A stretch of 63,933 nt of DNA, filler included, from Octopus bimaculoides (Eukaryota), in assembly GCF_001194135.2 (NCBI RefSeq). It is 6 parts of 6 records of this genome, joined end to end, with 100 filler letters (N's around TTAATTAATTAA, not from the genome) between each part and the next. Parts side by side here need not be neighbours in the genome. Positions count along the whole stretch, not along the records: positions 49,739 to 60,174 come from NC_068982.1; positions 60,275 to 62,733 come from NW_026426523.1; positions 62,834 to 63,933 come from NW_026431941.1; 3 more parts are not named here. One strand, written 5' to 3'. Of the stretch, positions 52,365-63,933 are shown piece by piece. The notes below the pieces were generated by a model, which saw only the letters and a program-made list of their open reading frames with translations, was not told where the DNA came from and made no database searches. The number at the start of each line of letters is the position of its first letter. The first letter of the stretch is position 1. The translations under genes and the position numbers were made by a program.

Positions 52365-52560
52365 GTACAAGGTCAGCAATCACGGGGAGGGTTAAGTGGA
52401 GAACATCTACCCGCAGAGTTCAACTGATTCTTTATTTTACCTACTCCAAAAGCATGAAAGACAATGTCGACTCCTCCGGTGTTTGAATTTAATAGGTAAA
52501 TTCGGAAGAAATACTGCTAAACATTTTTCACGAACCGGTAACGATTCTGCTAACTAGTTG
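52365..52560 (-). mobile_element. Old SINE family B copy
   Basis: ggtacaaggtcagcaat..ggggagggttaagtg..aaagcatgaaagacaatgtcgactc..ggtaacgattctgc. Confidence 0.6.
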
Positions 52561-53605
52561 CCTTTGACTACAACATAATAACAAGAGCCATGTATAGTTG
52601 AAATGAACAGATCAACTATTTAATTTTCACGAACTTGATGCATTCGTCAATTGCTAAACCTCATGGAATTCTGGGATTTAATTTTCGTTGAGCCTTACTT
52701 TCCTTGTTGCAATTTTATAGCAGTATATCCTAATTCCCATTTCCATCTAGGTAGCATTGAAGATAATTAAAGGTTCTTAAAAACCAATCTTATAAAAGAG
52801 CAGAATTTCTTAAGTGTCATAATTACTTTGGTGGCTTCCGTTTCTATATTTTTATTGGAAATCTAATCCTTTGTGAAATTTGGTCTCCAAGTAATGTATT
52901 CATTATGCAGGCGTGGTTTCACACAATGCGTGATTTCACACAATTTTCGAGTAAAAGAAGGCTAACTTGCACATTTTCTTTCTTTTTTTTTTTTTTAAAG
53001 GCGAGTTCTCTCGCATATTAAAGACTTATAGAACTTTAGAATAACGTATCACCGATCATGTGTAAAATTTATGCATAAAACTTAGTTCGGGTGGTTAACG
53101 ATTGTCGTATAGGCGTGTAAATTTGTAAACCTCATTAGCTTCATGTGCACAAATTTTATTATTGCTACAATTTTACAAGTTTTGATTTTAAGATTAAAAA
53201 CAATTTTTTTTTTAATCGTCGACAGAAAATATTTATCAGCATTTACCAGGCACGAACGTGGNNNNNNNNNNNNNNNNNNNNNNNNNNNNNNNNNNNNNNN
53301 NNNNNNNNNNNNNNNNNNNNNNNNNNNNNNNNNNNNNNNNNNNNNNNNNNNNNNNNNNNNNNNNNNNNNNNNNNNNNNNNNNNNNNNNNNNNNNNNNNNN
53401 NNNNNNNNNNNNNNNNNNNNNNNNNNNNNNNNNNNNNNNNNNNNNNNNNNNNNNNNNNNNNNNNNNNNNNNNNNNNNNNNNNNNNNNNNNNNNNNNNNNN
53501 NNNNNNNNNNNNNNNNNNNNNNNNNNNNNNNNNNNNNNNNNNNNNNNNNNNNNNNNNNNNNNNNNNNNNNNNNNNNNNNNNNNNNNNNNNNNNNNNNNNN
53601 NNNNN

Positions 53606-53642
<37 letters not shown>

Positions 53643-54208
53643 CACATATATATATATATATATATATGATAGATAGATAGATAAATTAATAGCTAGATAA
53701 ATTGATAAGTAGATAGATAGACAGACAAATAGATAGATAGTCAAATAGATAGATAGAGAGATAGATAGATCGATACATACATACATACATACATACATAC
53801 ACACATACATACATAAGTAAGCAAGCACATAGGAGTAAAATAATGTGGAGAAACTGGTACTCGAATACCGAAGATGGAATGAATACTGTTTGTTAAAGCC
53901 GAAAACAAATTCACAAAACTGTTACTCAGAGTTTCACACAACCGTTCATTACTGTTGTAATAAGACAGATTAGTAAAGCAATTTTTATAACTTGTGAGTA
54001 TATATACACATTTATGAATACTAGTTCAACGAATAAGTCTTTAAATATCTCTCTATATAAGATAGTGGTGATTGTGACGGTGGCTGTGGTTGATGTTAAG
54101 GTAGTGCTGGTTGAAGTGGTGCTGGTGATATTGGTAGTGCTAATGGTTTTGGTGACGGGTCCTCGTTATCGAATGTTGAGGATGCAGTTATTCGATTAGC
54201 TGACTTAC

Positions 54209-54294
54209 CTCTTCCCGAATTAACGCGTAAGTGTTCGAGAATTCCTGAGAATTCCGCAGACATATATACTTTTAAAGTGATTTTCAAGCGGAAT
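54209..54294 (-). CDS. Candidate 86-nt exon (FRLKITLKVYMSAEFSGILEHLRVNSGR)
   Basis: Consensus donor GAG|gtaagt, acceptor ttgtttattttttattgaataatttagtgcag, one open frame. Confidence 0.28.
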
Positions 54295-54522
54295 CTGCAC
54301 TAAATTATTCAATAAAAAATAAACAACGCCAACAGTAAAAAAAAAAACCCAAAAATGTGGTCGCCCTAACCGAAGATGCTTCATCACCTTATAAACACGT
54401 CTTATAAATTTAAATGAGAATATATTTTCACTGTAAAAAACCCCACTTCACTAGCTCGTAAAAAGATTTAATTTAAGCTCCCAAATTCTAATGAAGTTTA
54501 CATCGGACAGACACAATTTACC

Positions 54523-54570
54523 ATGAGAAACAAACCCATTATTCAAATGAGAAACATACCCATTATTCAA
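54523..54570 (+). repeat. 24-bp tandem duplication
   Basis: atgagaaaca(a/t)acccattattcaa, two copies. Confidence 0.9.
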
Positions 54571-55330
54571 ATACAAGATGATAATATTATACAAATTCCA
54601 CAAAGTTTTCATTTAGACATATATGCAACAAATTGCAAAATTTTCTAGTCATCTCACTTTGCCTTTGTTCTGACAAAACCACAGATAAAATACGGACACA
54701 TAAAGGAAACAAGTTTATTTTAGAAAATACAGACTACGACTGCATAATATATAAGATATTAGAGACATTACATTATTGTAGTTCGCATTCTTACATCCAG
54801 ACACGTAGACAGCTACATAAATATGAAAAGGAAGTTATTTCTCTATTTTTAGCTATTTGAATTGTCTGCTGTTCATACAATCACACGATATCCTCTAGAG
54901 TAACACAACCTTAACTTGTTATGGACGCAACTAACGCCCAAATTGTTATATAACTTAATATAAGGACATAGCACGCAGTTGCTATCGGTGCTGTCAAAAG
55001 ACGTGTTTACTTATCGAATACAGCTTCAGCTTTTGATGTATCTACCACATGACCCTCTGACTTCGTAACCACCTTCGACCAACCAAACTGCACCTCAGCT
55101 GATGACACTTTGAGATGTAATATCACCATAGCAATAAGCGAATTTTCACAGTCCAATCAGAGCTGAGACAAATACAGTACAACTCTAGGTCCTTTCATCT
55201 AACATTATTTTTGAAAATAATGAAACTTTGAAACCGGTTGATAATGTTTATAACTCTTTTTAAAACCTCACGCGTATTGTTACCTTTTCTTTTCTTGATA
55301 CTTATATTCATGAGAAAAGAATCTTATTTT

Positions 55331-55373
<43 letters not shown>

Positions 55374-55851
55374 CGTGCGTGAGTGTGCACTATTGTGTTA
55401 ACCATCATTTGAAGGCTAACAGTAGGAATATGCAGTTGTCACTCCGTCAATATCAATTAATGCTACGTAAATACAATAATTATAATTTCTTTTTTCAAAT
55501 TTCAGGATGAATGACTATCAATGAATTGAAAACTAATTTTCGAGAAATAGATATTTATTAAATTAGATTGACAAAAAAATTAAACAAAATTCTCGTTTGT
55601 ATATTTGCGATAAATATGTGTAATCAATAACAATAATGCTGCTTTAATTATCAATTAATTAGAAATGTAACATTGGCAACAGTACGTTCACAAATTTACC
55701 TGACTTAAGAGAGTCAAAGGAGATAAGACCAGTTATCTCTTTTGAAACGGACAGTGAGAGAATTGAGAAACACTGCCAAATACATATACATATAATATCT
55801 AACATATGTGCGTGTGCGCGTGCGTGTGCGTGTGTGTGTGCACACGTATGT

Positions 55852-56466
55852 CAATTATTCAGTTTTATTTCTAGATTTCTTGCCAATAAAGTAAGATCCG
55901 GTTTCTAATCTAAATCCAAAGCACCTTCACTAGAATTTTAAGCAACATTGGTTGTCCGAATATGTGCAGTATTTGGAGTCAGTGCGCGTGCAGATTTGTA
56001 TTTATGTCTGTATTATCACTCTTACCTAGACGTGCGCATATATACTTAAATGCCAATCTTCTGGAAAGTCTTTCAGATTTTAACAGTTCTCTTGACGGCT
56101 TGAATCCGTAATCTAATTAGCTTTCTCCTTTTTGGTTTTGAGACGCCTAATTTCTCAAGATTGGTGCTTAGGCAGTTTGTTACATATTCCAGTGCCCCAA
56201 TAATTACAGGTATAAACCTGAACTTGTAATCCCGGTAGAGCATCTGTGAACTTCTCAATAGTCCAGTGTAGGCATTTTCTTTTTCGTTGATCTTTAGCTT
56301 TATGTTGACATCTTCTCGGCAACTGATTTCCACTACTGTACATAGTTTCTTTCCTCTGTCGCAAATCACTATGTCTGGTCTATCATTTTTACATTTTGTT
56401 GGGGTTTTCACTGGGACATCCTACCAGTTCTCTTTCATATTATGAGTGGTTATGGCCTCTACCATC
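55852..56466 (-). mobile_element. 5'-truncated non-LTR retrotransposon with restriction-like endonuclease (R4/Dong-like), copy 1
   Basis: ..NDRPDIVICDRGKKLCTVVEISC..KENAY..FIPVIIGALEYV..RIQAVKRTVKI*KTF: PD-(D/E)xK RLE C-terminus plus ~190-nt 3' UTR. Confidence 0.85.
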
Positions 56467-56506
56467 ATGTATGTATGTATGTATGTATGTATGTATGTAT
56501 GTATGT

Positions 56507-56784
56507 CTCTTCTATTTTTTAAATTATTATAAACATTCCACCGAGGAGGGAGCCGGTTTCCAACAAAGATACAAGGCTCCATCTTTGGGATGTAGTTAAC
56601 ACAAACAAATTCACATTTGGAACTTGAGAACAGTCTTGCATATTTTTACCGTTTCACTCACAGATTGCACTTGTAATGTACAATTTAGCCGGTCGATTTC
56701 TCTTTCTGAAAATCCCAGTTTATCCATATTCTTCTTTAAGCATTTACTAACAAAACCTAGTGCTCCGATTATTATTGGTATGAT
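56507..56784 (-). mobile_element. 5'-truncated R4/Dong-like RLE retrotransposon, copy 2 (different subfamily)
   Basis: Translates as IIPIIIGALGFVSKCLKKNMDKLGFSEREIDRLNCTLQVQSVSETVKICKTVLKFQM*, homologous to the copy 1 C-terminus, with a distinct 3' UTR. Confidence 0.8.
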
Positions 56785-57459
56785 GTATGTATGTATATTA
56801 TGTTGGTAAGAAAGTCCAGCTGCACTTTTGACATAAGTATTTTGAGGGGACTTTTTCAGTACCTATGGTAAAATAAACATTAATTTTTGCATTATTTCGC
56901 TTCCTTTGCAGCTTATTTAATACCATAGTTGCTGTCAATACGTAGCAAGTTTGCTTTTTAAAATAAGTTTAGATCAAGCACTATATGCTATATAAATTCC
57001 AAAAGGGGCTCTTCAGCAATGGAGGCGACAATAAATATCTGTTCGGTTTACAGAAATTAAGCTTTAAGTGCCCAGATATACCAACAGTTGTTTGATCAAT
57101 TCTTTCAGGGAAGTTTTCTCTCGCAGATTATTTGACGACTAATCGTAATTGAAGGGTAATTCAAAGAAAACTTCACTAATATAAGCCCAAAAGTTCAATT
57201 CAAATGCCACTTCGGTCATAAAGCACTTATATAAACTAGGACAATTGTATAAACTTTGTTGATGGGTCCTTCATCCTCTGCCTGCTCCTCAGCTTAATCA
57301 AAGTGCTACCCTCCAATCATCATTGAAGTGTCGTAGTTTGTATTTTTTAAAAATAAATTTGTTTCTTTATTTGTTCGTATTTGATCTGTGGTTTTGTTAG
57401 AACAAAGGCGAAGTGATAAGACTAGGAATTTTTGTAATTTGTTCTACATACGTCTAAAT

Positions 57460-57683
57460 CAGTGGTCCTCAACCATTTTTTACCTATGAACCCCATTGAT
57501 TCACATTGTACTCCTAGTCATTCAATGTTTAAAAGTCTTATATTTTTAAAATTAATATTATTAGGAATTGTATAAAAAATTTTTTTAAATATTTTGTGCA
57601 TTATAGAGGTATTAACAATTTATTGTAGATAAATGTTAATAACAAAATCATACATTGACCCCAAACTGAAATTCGTACTACTG
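57460..57683. mobile_element. hAT (Charlie-like) non-autonomous element, old
   Basis: Left end cagtggtcctcaacc, decayed right end ..actactg; flanks gtctaaat / tcctaaac resemble an 8-bp TSD. Confidence 0.5.
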
Positions 57684-59115
57684 TCCTAAACTATTAGTTA
57701 TCCGCTTGTCCAATTTCTGAAACCAATCAAAGAGAAAAACATTTAACACACGCTCACGCATATATATATGTGTGGGGGATGGGCGCCACACATACACACA
57801 CACACACTTATGTATCATGTACATATATATTTTTATTTATGTATGTATGTGGGGAGATAGCAGGAAAGAGAGAAAGAAAGAGATACACATGTTTGCCTGC
57901 TTTTATGTTTGACCTTATAATTTGTACTTCCAAAGAAAACATTTACTTCTACGTTTCTTGTTTTTTTTAAAGACAATTTTCTTTTCCTTATATTTTTCTT
58001 TGGTTGTTGCATATACCACATCTACATAACTTTAAAAAAACTGTTAAGTAGCCTTAGAAACGTATTTTCATCAGAGGCGAATTATCAGCTTTGGCCTAAT
58101 CATACATCAATTGAGCTTAAAATATGCTATGTATTTAGTTTCTTGGTGTAGTATGCGTGATATATAATTTTGATCTTTGATGTGATACTATATAAGAACT
58201 GTTATCGTTGTGTGTCTTAAAAAAAAGTTTGTCTTGCCACCTCGTAATTCTGGGTTCGGTTGCTTGGGCAGTTGCTTTCTACTATAGTATCGGTCCATAT
58301 TCTATATAAATGTTTATATTTATAAAGTTATTAATAAGCATGGTAAATATTCCAATGAATGATTTATAGTAGTAACAATATGACGTTTTCAAAAACACTA
58401 TTTTAAAATTTCTTATAACGAAAGCTTCTAACACCAACAATATCTTTGACCTCTCTGACCAACGCTCTGCGACAGATTGAACCGCTATTATCTATAGACA
58501 TTCTTCTCTGGCATTCCGTCGGTTACGACAACGAGGGTTCCGTCACTAGTGACGACTATACTTGTTGCCTTTCGTTTGGAAATTGCGAAAAGCCACCTTA
58601 ATAATTCACACGCACACATAACTGTATAATAACTGTATATAATATATATCATAATGATATTTATTCTCCGATTTGAAGCGACAATTTTTAAATATAAACA
58701 AATGACTGAACGGTTTGTTGAACATGTCAAGGGAACTGTATTTTGACATGTTCAACAAACCATGACACCTAAACCAAACACCAATCAACTTAAGTAATTT
58801 AGTAAAGCCACACATTGATTATTCAGCATACAGTTTGCAAAACTTAACATTCTGGAGCCAATACAAATGTATTTAAGGCACACATTTTAGCAATTTCACT
58901 ACAGTTGTAAATTGTAAAACATAACTGCCATCATTACTATATGGACCTGAAGATTGCATAGTTTAATACATGAAAATACTAGTTCAATCAGAATGGACAT
59001 TTAATATTCTATCATTTCATCATATTATATTATAAGATTGTAAATAAAACGTGAAAATCAGACAAAGTTGGAATTTCTTTGAGTAATATATTCTTCTTTA
59101 CATAATCATACACAC

Positions 59116-59180
<65 letters not shown>

Positions 59181-59338
59181 ATTAACTACCAACAAAAATA
59201 ATTGGTTAGCTAACTCAAAAACTCATCACCAAAATAGCAGAAAAAAACGACAGTGAAGGTATGTAGACTCTTCAAGGATCGATCCTTTTGGTTATATTAA
59301 TAATAATAAAGGAGTTGCGACGCAAAAACTTATATATG

Positions 59339-59370
<32 letters not shown>

Positions 59371-59424
59371 TGTATGTATGTATAGACTACTGCTCCCAAC
59401 TATAGTCACCATACAGTATAAAAT

Positions 59425-59885
59425 TAACGGTGGAACTCGAAACAATCCAGCGAAACTACTCAAAGATTAATGTCTCAATGCAACATATTAGCTACTGGGA
59501 AAAGCTGCAAAAGTTAAGAAAATTACACAAACAGCAGAACGAGGTTCCATTGCATAATGCCAAAGATCCCAACCTCGCCATCAGGATAGATGACCATATA
59601 CCGCAATAGCTTGGGTTTCAAAAGCCCACAGCTCTTCAATATTCTTCCAAAAACCCTGACAAAAAACCCGAATGGTGGGGTTGGGGGTGTCTTCAAAACA
59701 AAACTGAAACTCTTCCTCTCAGGGATTCCGGATGAGCCTACAAGAAACACAGATGAGGGCAGCAACATCAAACCCCATCATTCACCAAGTGCCACATATC
59801 GGGAGGTTTCAAATAGTGAATGTGTCGCAAACCCACCAGTGGTGCCTCAGCAAGAACGCAGCCTTCGAGCTGAAACTAGTTAAAG
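59425..59885 (+). mobile_element. CR1-like LINE 3' end, internally deleted
   Basis: ELETIQRNYSKINVSMQHISYWEKLQKLR.., NSLGFKSPQLFNILPK..VFKTKLKLFLSGIPDEP; homologous to 12455-13090. Confidence 0.82.
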
Positions 59886-59976
59886 AGTCAACCTTCATTT
59901 TGTTGGAGTCGATAAATTACCTGATGCAAAACTCTCCCCGACGTCTTCAACTGTCAACCTTTTTTCTATTTTGGAG

Positions 59977-60013
<37 letters not shown>

Positions 60014-61318
60014 AAGTAAAGTTGTGGAATACCGTACGAGTGGAAATATATATGAAAGAAGGTTTGAAAATGCACTTATTTTTTAAAAATATTTATTTAC
60101 TTAACCGGTTTCACTTTTTTAGAAAAAGATTATCAAAAGTCTTTGAGAATAATAAAAAATGTTAAAAAACAGTCNNNNNNNNNNNNNNNNNNNNNNNNNN
60201 NNNNNNNNNNNNNNNNNNTTAATTAATTAANNNNNNNNNNNNNNNNNNNNNNNNNNNNNNNNNNNNNNNNNNNNTAGTCACTTAACGCTATAACTCTGTC
60301 TTAGAGTTAGCTGGCCGAATTTCTGCCATTCAATATTTACTGTGTCCAGGCGATAGAAATCCCTAAAATACGTCGTGCTTTGGCGTAACTCTCTCTGTTT
60401 TAATCTGTCTCTTTCGATATCTATTTCACGACGTTTATCTTGATCCCACTCCCTCTCTATATCTCTTCTCCTCCCCCTTTCGATTAACTCCTTGCTTCGC
60501 GCGGGTTNNNNNNNNNNNNNNNNNNNNNNNNNNNNNNNNNNNNNNNNNNNNNNNNNNNNNNNNNNNNNNNNNNNNNNNNNNNNNNNNNNNNNNNNNNNNN
60601 NNNNNNNNNNNNNNNNNNNNNNNNNNNNNNNNNNNNNNNNNNNNNNNNNNNNNNNNNNNNNNNNNNNNNNNNNNNNNNNNNNNNNNNNNNNNNNNNNNNN
60701 NNNNNNNNNNNNNNNNNNNNNNNNNNNNNNNNNNNNNNNNNNNNNNNNNNNNNNNNNNNNNNNNNNNNNNNNNNNNNNNNNNNNNNNNNNNNNNNNNNNN
60801 NNNNNNNNNNNNNNNNNNNNNNNNNNNNNNNNNNNNNNNNNNNNNNNNNNNNNNNNNNNNNNNNNNNNNNNNNNNNNNNNNNNNNNNNNNNNNNNNNNNN
60901 NNNNNNNNNNNNNNNNNNNNNNNNNNNNNNNNNNNNNNNNNNNNNNNNNNNNNNNNNNNNNNNNNNNNNNNNNNNNNNNNNNNNNNNNNNNNNNNNNNNN
61001 NNNNNNNNNNNNNNNNNNNNNNNNNNNNNNNNNNNNNNNNNNNNNNNNNNNNNNNNNNNNNNNNNNNNNNNNNNNNNNNNNNNNNNNNNNNNNNNNNNNN
61101 NNNNNNNNNNNNNNNNNNNNNNNNNNNNNNNNNNNNNNNNNNNNNNNNNNNNNNNNNNNNNNNNNNNNNNNNNNNNNNNNNNNNNNNNNNNNNNNNNNNN
61201 NNNNNNNNNNNNNNNNNNNNNNNNNNNNNNNNNNNNNNNNNNNNNNNNNNNNNNNNNNNNNNNNNNNNNNNNNNNNNNNNNNNNNNNNNNNNNNNNNNNN
61301 NNNNNNNNNNNNNNNNNN

Positions 61319-62733
61319 GGACAACATTCAGGGGGCTTCTATGGCGTACATGGAGGCTATGATTTTGGTTCCCGCAATGAGGAGGGAACCAGGCTGCTGG
61401 AGTTCTGTGATGCAAATGACCTTATGGTCTGCAATACTAACTTCAGGAAACCTGCCAGTCACCTAGTCACCTACTGTTCTGGCAGGCACACTAGCCAAAT
61501 TGACTACATCCTCGCCAGGAAAAGGGAAAGATGGCTGCTTAGAAATGCCAAAACATTCCCATGCGAAGAATGTACCCCACAACATAGACTAGTAGTTAGT
61601 GACTTCAGGATCAGGGCTAAGTGGCTGCCCAGAAGACGACCAGCCTGGAGGAGAAGGGTATGGAAGCTCAAAGATCCTGCGAATGGACAGAGATTTGGAG
61701 ACTTATTACTCGGAGCCTTCGATGAAATAGAGGGGGATGTAGCTTCACACAATGTAGAGGACAACTGGACGTTTCTACGGGACAACCTCCTGAGGGCCAC
61801 CGACGAGATCTGTGGTTGGTGCAAGGTCCCTTCTCGACCGAAAATAACGTGGTGGTGGAACAATGTTGACAGGGCTATTAGAAAAAAGAAACAGGCTTNN
61901 NNNNNNNNTAACGTGGTGGTGGAACAATGTTGACAGGGCTATTAGAAAAAAGAAACAGGCTTGGAAAGACTGGAAAAATGGTGGTAGCAGGGAACTGTAT
62001 CAGACGGCCAGAAGGGAAGCTAGGCGACAGGTTTATTTAGCCAGAGGGGAAGCAGATAGGAAAAAGTTTGCCAATGTTCAACGCTGTGAGAACCAAAGAC
62101 TCGAGGTATTTCGTGTTGCAAGACAGTGTGTGAGAGAATCGTGATGTCGTGGGAGAGAAATGTGTTCGCATGGATGATGGTACACTTGCACTAAAAGCGG
62201 CTGCAAAGAAAGTGGTTTGGAGACGCCACTACGAAAGATTGATCAATGAAGAGAATGAATGGGAGAAAGAGAGTCTGCCGAATGTCGACCCAACTGAGGG
62301 ACCAGCTATCCGATTTGACGGTACCGTGGTAGATAAAGCAATTAAGAGTATGAAGACAGAAGGCACCCGGCCCATCAGGAATCACTGCAGAGATGCTCAA
62401 AATATCTGGCAGTGTCGACTATAGCCTAGTCACCCGTATTGTTAACCAGGTGATACACGAATGAGTCATACCCAATGACTGGTGTAGCAGCACCATAGTC
62501 AACTGCTACAAAGGTAAAGGTGACGCTTTAGATACAAATAATTACAGAGGTATCAAGCTTTTAGATCAGGTAATGAAAGTCACGGAGATGGTCATAGCTC
62601 AACTACTTAGGGAGCGAGTAGTTTAGATGAGATGCAGTTTGGGTTCGTGCCTGGGAAAAGCACCACTGATGCTATATTTCTGGTAAGACAGCTTCAGGAG
62701 AAATACCTAGCCAAGGATAAACCTCTGTACCTG
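61319..62733 (+). mobile_element. RTE-clade LINE: APE endonuclease C-terminus, linker and start of RT
   Basis: RNEEGTRLLEFCDANDLMVCNTNFRK..SQIDYIL..PQHRLVV (APE); KGDALDTNNYRGIKLL..MQFGFVPGKSTTDAIFLVRQLQEKYLAKDKPLYL (RT). Few frameshifts; both ends are in gaps. Confidence 0.93.
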
Positions 62734-62884
62734 NNNNNNNNNNNNNNNNNNNNNNNNNNNNNNNNNNNNNNNNNNNNTTAATTAATTAANNNNNNNNNNN
62801 NNNNNNNNNNNNNNNNNNNNNNNNNNNNNNNNNATTTGGTAGACGGAAACTGAAAGGAAGCCCCTCCTATATATATATATATAG

Positions 62885-63320
62885 GTGTAGGAGTAGCTGT
62901 GTGTGATGTAGCTTGTTTACGAACCACATAGTTCCGGGTTCAGTCCCACTGCGTGGCACCTTGGGCAAGTGTCTTCTACTATAGCCTCGGGGCCGACCAA
63001 AGCCTTGTGAGTGGATTTGGTAGACGGAAACTGAAAGAAGCCCGTCGTATGTATGTATGTATGTATGTATATATATATATATGTATGTGTGTGTGTATGT
63101 GTTTGTGTGTCTGTCTTCCCCCTCCCCCCCAACATCGCTTGACAACCGATGCTGGTGTGTTTATGTCCCCGTAACTTAGCGGTCCGGCAAAAGAGACCGA
63201 TAGAATAAGTACTAGGCTTCTAAAGAATAAAGTCCTGCGGGGGTCGATTTGCTCGACTAAAAAAAGGCGGTGCTCCAGCATGGCCACAGTCAAAATGACT
63301 GAAACAAGTAAAAGAGTAAA
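62885..63320 (+). mobile_element. Full-length composite SINE family A
   Basis: Head, body, (TATG)(TA)(TG) spacer and tail ending gactgaaacaagtaaaagagta. Confidence 0.92.
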
Positions 63321-63933
63321 ATAAAACAGTCATGACCATATACATTGCATTTCCCTTAAATAAAGATTTATTGAAAGCAGTTAGTAGGGGTTACCAGCTT
63401 GCTCAGGCCTTATCTTCGTTCTTTGTCTAAATTCATGTATCAAACGAAAACAGTTTTTAACAAAGATGACCAACCATTGGCCATTTGCAGGAATTTCATA
63501 TACAAGGATGTTTGGAATCTAAGTGGAATATCTTTCAAAGAAAGTTATAAGGAAATATGGTTTTCATTTGCTAAGTTTTGTTCCTGTAGGCAGTTGTAGC
63601 TTGATATATGTCTAATTGGAGTGTTACACTTTAAACATTCACCCCCNNNNNNNNNNCCCCCCCATAACAGCTTTCAGCTATTTTTTTCGGTGCTTCCTCA
63701 ATCTCTCTCTATCTTGGCAATCCATCTGTGAGTACTTAAGGTTTCGTCTGGATAAAGCTATAAAAAAGGAATCGACAGCAGTTTCTTCAGGGCAAAAGAT
63801 TCAGAAATATCTTAATTAATGTAAAGCCACCATGTTTACAATGAATTATAATAATATTGGTAAACATTAGCTAAATCTAATAAAAAGATTCCTGCCTAAA
63901 ATGTCAGAACCTACCTCTCCTTCTTACCACATA

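Noticed and set aside
60274-60507. Possible Helitron/Helentron end motifs (gcttcgcgcgggtt; also ctagcaggacc at 49089)
   Set aside because: Truncated by gaps, with no complete hairpin-plus-CTRR terminus visible.

Overview
This is AT-rich, microsatellite-dense eukaryotic DNA from a gapped draft assembly, with many N runs and synthetic TTAATTAATTAA spacers. The SINE families and repeat landscape resemble an octopus (coleoid cephalopod) genome; this is inference from remembered repeat families, not a search. I recognise no host protein-coding gene with confidence, and most ORFs in the track are artefacts of N runs or microsatellites. Well-supported content: three tRNA-derived SINE families in many copies, with a dense cluster at 36.2-40.6 kb; four degenerate DD34D mariners and one DD37D (maT-like) element; a Helitron helicase remnant; two CR1-like LINE 3' ends; a fairly intact RTE LINE fragment; and several MITEs. 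The most interesting observations are: (1) two different restriction-like-endonuclease (R4/Dong-type) retrotransposon 3' fragments inserted in tandem at apparently the same register of an (ACAT)n microsatellite; (2) a ~110-bp repeat in three copies carrying a minimal hammerhead-ribozyme-like motif; (3) a 148-bp MITE with perfect TIRs that contain their own palindrome; (4) fold-back SINE arrangements; (5) a speculative phase-compatible chain of minus-strand exons with no recognisable homologue. Boundaries of degenerate repeats are approximate.
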